DNA from: an uncultured Chloroflexia bacterium
GTDB lineage: Bacteria > Chloroflexota > Anaerolineae > B4-G1 > SLSP01
DNA length: 43,499 nucleotides
Direction of reading: 5' to 3'
NCBI GenBank assembly: GCA_963751345.1
Contig: CAVVUS010000017.1
Coordinates: forward strand, 1-43,499
Below the pieces are notes generated by a model that saw nothing but the letters and a program-made list of their open reading frames with translations, was not told the origin of the DNA and did not search any database. Below are positions 39,630 to 43,499 of this stretch, piece after piece. The position numbers were made by a program, and so were the translations under genes. Positions within the stretch are counted from its first letter, which is position 1, and every line of letters begins with the position of its first letter.

Positions 39630-40261
39630 CATGTTGCCGCAGGTGGCGCGGGCCTCCGGTCGAGCAGCAGCCATAGGCCGGCAGCCGTGGCGGCGGGTGG
39701 GATCAGGGCGACGGGAAGGATCTCCACGATCCTATAGAGCTCCACCCCACCCATAAGGCCCGCGAGCGCCCAGCCGGCGATCGTGATAGGGATCCACCAG
39801 ACGGCCTGCTGCACCTTGCGGCGCAGCACCAGCCACTGGGCGACCGCGATGCCGGCCCCGATCACGCTCAGCGTGATCGCGCCGCGCACGTGATCCATCT
39901 CCCAGGCCGGCCCCAATAGGCGACCCGTCACGACCAGCGGGCCGACGATGAAGGGCAGCAGGTAGCCCGCCAGCGTCGCTGCGACCCACCAACCGAGTCC
40001 CTCCCGTGGCACGACGCGGCGCAGGAGCTCCATCTGCAGCACGCCGGTCGCCAGCCCGACCAGCCCGAAGAGCAAGTAACCGAGAAGGAAGTCCTCGGTG
40101 AGGTGGCCTGCGCCGGCCATTGAGATGGGGTCGCCCAACACCCGTGCCACCGCGATATCCAGCGCGAAAGCCAGCCCGAGTCCGCACGGCAGCGCGAGCA
40201 CGCTTAGTGCTATCCATCCGGCGTAGAAGGTCCAACCGGGCCTTGGTGTCTGTGCGCTCAT
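39629..40261 (-). CDS. Hypothetical integral membrane protein
   Basis: GGAGGT RBS; repeated GxxQWLxLRR...WW pattern with multiple TM helices. Confidence 0.7.
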   Translation of the reverse strand: MSAQTPRPGWTFYAGWIALSVLALPCGLGLAFALDIAVARVLGDPISMAGAGHLTEDFLLGYLLFGLVGLATGVLQMELLRRVVPREGLGWWVAATLAGYLLPFIVGPLVVTGRLLGPAWEMDHVRGAITLSVIGAGIAVAQWLVLRRKVQQAVWWIPITIAGWALAGLMGGVELYRIVEILPVALIPPAATAAGLWLLLDRRPAPPAAT

Positions 40262-40497
40262 CCTTACCTCCTTGGAAGCGATACCCGATGCCGGGGACAT
40301 AGATGGTGGAGATCGGTGTGGGGTGGCTGATGTGTTCTCAGTGTAGCAGAAGCGGGGTCGGGTGTCACCTGTGGATTTCACGGGGGTGTACCACAAGATG
40401 GGGACGCACGCTCAGGATGACAAGGAAACGCGCCCGCTTGCGGGATACGGTAAGATGGGTCCAATCTTCCGAAAATCGGACCAGTCTTGCGTGCACC

Positions 40498-41343
40498 TCA
40501 GGCCGAGTCGTGCACCCGCTCGGGGTTGAACGAGATGTTGGTGCGGCCCACGGTGACCACGTGCTGCATCCTGCCGGCCATCAGCGGTGAGGGCTCGACC
40601 TTGACGTCGGCCATGCCCGCGACGATCTGCTCGCACGCCGCGATCGCGTCGGGGAGCACGTCCTCGCCCAGGGGCTCGCCCAACCGGCGGAAGTCGTAGT
40701 GCCCGTTGTAGTAGCGGTCGTACCGGTCGCCCATGTCCCGGAGGCGCTTGAGATAGAAGAGCGCCGTCTCGACCGTGGTTGCCCGAAGACCGAGGTTGCA
40801 GTTGCACGCGTCGCCGAGGAAAAGCGTCCGGGTCGCCTCATCCAGGAAGGTCACGGATCCGGCGGTGTGGCCGGGGCAGGCGACGACGGTGATCCTGCGG
40901 TTGCCCAGGTCTATGACCTGCCCGTCCTCCAGCGGAAAGAGCGGCGGCTCGGGCCCCCACTCGGTGAGGTCGACGTCGAGGTCGTAGGGGTAGTCGCCCT
41001 TCTCGCGCTCGGCAATGAAGGTCACATACCAGCGGCGCTCCTCGACGCTCAGGCCGATTCCGCCGCCGGTCGAGAAGCCGGCCATGTCCTTGGGGTGGAT
41101 GTGGGCGTTGTCGAAGGCGCCCGCGCCGCCGACGTGGTCCATATGGTTGTGGGTGTAGCAGACCATCAGCGGCTTGTCGGTGAGCGTGCGGACGAAGCCG
41201 TGCAGGTCGCCGATGCCGACGCCGGTGTCGATGAGCATGGCCTTCTCATCGCCTACAAGAAGGAAGCTCGACGCGCAGTCGAACTCCCCGATCTCGTAGG
41301 TGGCGGGGGCTATCTCGGCGTGGGGGAATGCCTGTGTTTTCAT
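40498..41343 (-). CDS. MBL-fold metallo-hydrolase
   Basis: LIDTG, THNHMDHVGG, PGHTAGS, FLGD, NGH; AGGAGG RBS before ATG 41343. Confidence 0.9.
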   Translation of the reverse strand: MKTQAFPHAEIAPATYEIGEFDCASSFLLVGDEKAMLIDTGVGIGDLHGFVRTLTDKPLMVCYTHNHMDHVGGAGAFDNAHIHPKDMAGFSTGGGIGLSVEERRWYVTFIAEREKGDYPYDLDVDLTEWGPEPPLFPLEDGQVIDLGNRRITVVACPGHTAGSVTFLDEATRTLFLGDACNCNLGLRATTVETALFYLKRLRDMGDRYDRYYNGHYDFRRLGEPLGEDVLPDAIAACEQIVAGMADVKVEPSPLMAGRMQHVVTVGRTNISFNPERVHDSA

Positions 41344-41905
41344 AGGGTGTGCCTCCTGTGCGGCGCGTTGTGATGAAGCTGAGGTGCTCGCGTATGTCCC
41401 CAGTATAGGCCAATCGCGGGCCTGCCAAGCGGGCGAGCGCCCCGGAACGGGCGTACGCGCCTCGACTCCGATCGGGCCAACCGGCGAGCCACGGCGCCAC
41501 CCGCGGCTCCCGCACACGGTCGCAGAAGGGTAGATAGGCCTTGAGGTCGACGATGCGGGTGCCGTCGAAGGCATCGATCTCGGTGACGGTCACGCGACCC
41601 GCAGCGACGTCGAGGTCCACGATGGGGCACGTCGTCATCGCGATCGGGTTGGGGCGGAAGGGAGATCGAGTTGCGAATACGCCGATCGAGCGATCGGGAG
41701 CGTAGGGTGGCTTGATGTGCAGCCGCGCACGAGCCTCGTCGTTGTCGAAGGCATCGGCCCACCAGAAGACCATCACGTGGCTGAAATGGTGCAGATCGTC
41801 GAGCGCGGGACGGTAGGGCGCGTCGATCTCCAGCACAATCGCTTTCTCCTCGCGGCGGATGCGGCCGATGGCCATCATCCGCATCACGTTCTCTTGCTGC
41901 TGCAT
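41246..41905 (-). CDS. tsaA: TrmO/TsaA (YaeB) family SAM-dependent methyltransferase; C-terminus uncertain
   Basis: FSHVMVFWW, GVFATRSPFRPNPI, IDAFDGTRIVDLKAY. Confidence 0.8.
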   Translation of the reverse strand: MQQQENVMRMMAIGRIRREEKAIVLEIDAPYRPALDDLHHFSHVMVFWWADAFDNDEARARLHIKPPYAPDRSIGVFATRSPFRPNPIAMTTCPIVDLDVAAGRVTVTEIDAFDGTRIVDLKAYLPFCDRVREPRVAPWLAGWPDRSRGAYARSGALARLAGPRLAYTGDIREHLSFITTRRTGGTPYENTGIPPRRDSPRHLRDRGVRLRVELPSCRR

Positions 41906-42136
41906 GCTGCAACCTCCTTGTGGCTATGCTGCGTGGGTGTACCTGTACAAGTATACACGAGCGGTAGCAGATCGTGCCCTGCGGGACGCAGCGGCGATCG
42001 GCTCGCCGGCAGGGCGAGGTGGAAATCCGAGACCGGCAGTCTAGTCGGCCGCAGACAGGGGCGCAGCCTACCATCAGGAGGCGAGTGTGTTCAGCGCGGC
42101 GGCGCGGATGCTGCAGTAGGAACGAACCGGTATCAA

Positions 42137-42361
42137 CTAGAGCAATTGGAGGAGATCCTCAACGGTGAGATCGGCGTCGCGCAGGATCTTGCGTAGGAGG
42201 CCTCGACCGACGTCCTGCCCGCTATGCACGGGCACGGTGATAACCCTTCCGTCGGGGTGCCGCAGGCGCACGTGGCTACCGCGCTGCCGCTGGACTTCGA
42301 AGCCCGCACGTTGGAGGGCTTTCACAAGATCTCTGCCGGGCAGTACCGGCAGTGGGGGCAT
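42137..42361 (-). CDS. hicA: HicA family toxin
   Basis: GFEVQRQRGSH...VPVH...GLLRKIL, 74 aa. Confidence 0.9.
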   Translation of the reverse strand: MPPLPVLPGRDLVKALQRAGFEVQRQRGSHVRLRHPDGRVITVPVHSGQDVGRGLLRKILRDADLTVEDLLQLL

Positions 42362-42570
42362 CAGACGGTGACCCTCTGAACGCCGACGAAGATGGGGAAG
42401 TCGCTCGCTCCCTCGCCTTGGTCTTCGAGGCAAAGCTTGATCACCTCACGCATGTTGGTGAGTAGCTCGTCCAGTGTGGCGCCCTGGGCGTAGCATGCCG
42501 GCAGTTGGGGCACCTCGCCGACGTACATCCCATCTTCATCCTGTTCCACCCAGACGTAGAATTCGTGCAT
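42361..42570 (-). CDS. hicB: HicB family antitoxin (short, no DNA-binding domain)
   Basis: EQDEDGMYVGEVPQLPACYAQGATLDE; GGAGG RBS; TGATG overlap with hicA. Confidence 0.9.
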   Translation of the reverse strand: MHEFYVWVEQDEDGMYVGEVPQLPACYAQGATLDELLTNMREVIKLCLEDQGEGASDFPIFVGVQRVTV

Positions 42571-42741
42571 GGCTACCTCCTCCAGGCAAGAGCATTCTAT
42601 CATAGATGGATCACAGAGAGAAGCCTCGCGACGGACTCCGTGTCGTGGCGCAGGTTGAGGGAGTTGCCGGTTGGTCGTTTCCGGAAGATACTTACGGCTG
42701 TTCGTGTTTCCGACAAGACCCTATACCACGGGAGGGGACCC

Positions 42742-43499
42742 ATGATTGCGTTCGATACCGCGCCGTTTCCCTTGGGCGTGTCCCTGCACACCCTTGATCC
42801 CGAGCAGCGGCCCGAGACGGTGAAGCTTCTCGCCGGGTCGCCGGTCGAGGCCGTCGAGCTCTGGGAGCCGGCGTTTGGGAAGGACGAGGGCCACGTGGCT
42901 GAGATGCGGCGCCTGCTATCCGCTGCGGAGGTCGTGGCGCGCACCGTGCACGCCGACTTCGACGCCTCGCTGGACCTCTCTTCGCCCGATCCCGGCGTCC
43001 GGTCCGCGGGCATCCGGGCATTCACGGCGGCGCTCGACCTGGCTGTGCGTATGGGGGCCGAGATCGTCGTCGTGCACCCCAGCTCGGAGCCGATTCCCGG
43101 CGAAGCCCGCGCTTCGCGAATGGCGGAGGCCAAGCGCAGCGCCCGCGCCCTTGCCGGTATGGCGGGCGACGCGGGATGCCGGATCGCCCTGGAACTGCTG
43201 CCGCGCTCCTGCCTGGGACACTCGGTCGAGGAGCTGCTGGATCTTCTGGAGGGCGTGGACGCCGGCACGGCAGGTGTCTGCCTCGATACGAACCACCTGA
43301 TGGCCGACTTTGCCGCGCTCCCCGACGTGGTCCGCAGCCTCGGGCCGCGGCTGATTGCGCTGCACTGTTCCGACTACGATGGGGTTGACGAGAAACACTG
43401 GCCTCCCGGTCGAGGCGTCATCGACTGGCCCGCCTTTCTGGCGGCGCTAAGAGACGTGCATTTCCCAGGGCCGTTGAACTACGAGGCCGCCCTGGATGG
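42742..43499 (+). CDS. Sugar phosphate isomerase/epimerase (xylose isomerase-like TIM barrel), partial
   Basis: GGAGG and ATG; VVVHP, IALE, CLDTNH, LHCSD, HWPPGRGVIDW, NYE; runs off the window. Confidence 0.88.
   Translation, partial: MIAFDTAPFPLGVSLHTLDPEQRPETVKLLAGSPVEAVELWEPAFGKDEGHVAEMRRLLSAAEVVARTVHADFDASLDLSSPDPGVRSAGIRAFTAALDLAVRMGAEIVVVHPSSEPIPGEARASRMAEAKRSARALAGMAGDAGCRIALELLPRSCLGHSVEELLDLLEGVDAGTAGVCLDTNHLMADFAALPDVVRSLGPRLIALHCSDYDGVDEKHWPPGRGVIDWPAFLAALRDVHFPGPLNYEAALD

Overview
High-GC bacterial chromosome segment, probably Chloroflexota/Anaerolineae-like. That assignment is inferred from the Pro/Thr-rich lipoproteins, the repeat families and an AGAAC-N4-GTTCT LexA-type box. 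Many genes carry single-base frameshifts that look like long-read indel errors. The flanks (1-9.3 kb, 22.3-43.5 kb) hold ordinary genes: TauE, cupin, two PEMT/ICMT-like paralogs with TetR, SlyD, SdpI, MgtC, EEP nuclease, beta-helix lipoprotein, esterase, PAS hybrid kinase, GH172, MFS, NnrE, disulfide reductase, MBL, TsaA, HicBA and a sugar-phosphate isomerase. The main feature is a ~12.6 kb single-strand phage HEAD-ONLY operon (9427-22058). Its order is TerS-like, TerL, portal, gpF-like, prohead protease, Mu gpT-like capsid, decoration-like proteins, HhH protein, CHAT/caspase-like protease, clan GH-A glycosidase, M23 peptidase, adaptor. It starts at a sigma70-like promoter with a perfect LexA-type palindrome between -35 and -10. 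No integrase, repressor, replication or tail gene is visible in the window, so it is a candidate SOS-inducible, host-domesticated GTA-like or tail-less capsid system. A second signal is an 18-bp palindromic element (GCACCCTTAAGGGCGCCC-like) inserted in frame into several genes and into one copy of a MITE-like repeat.
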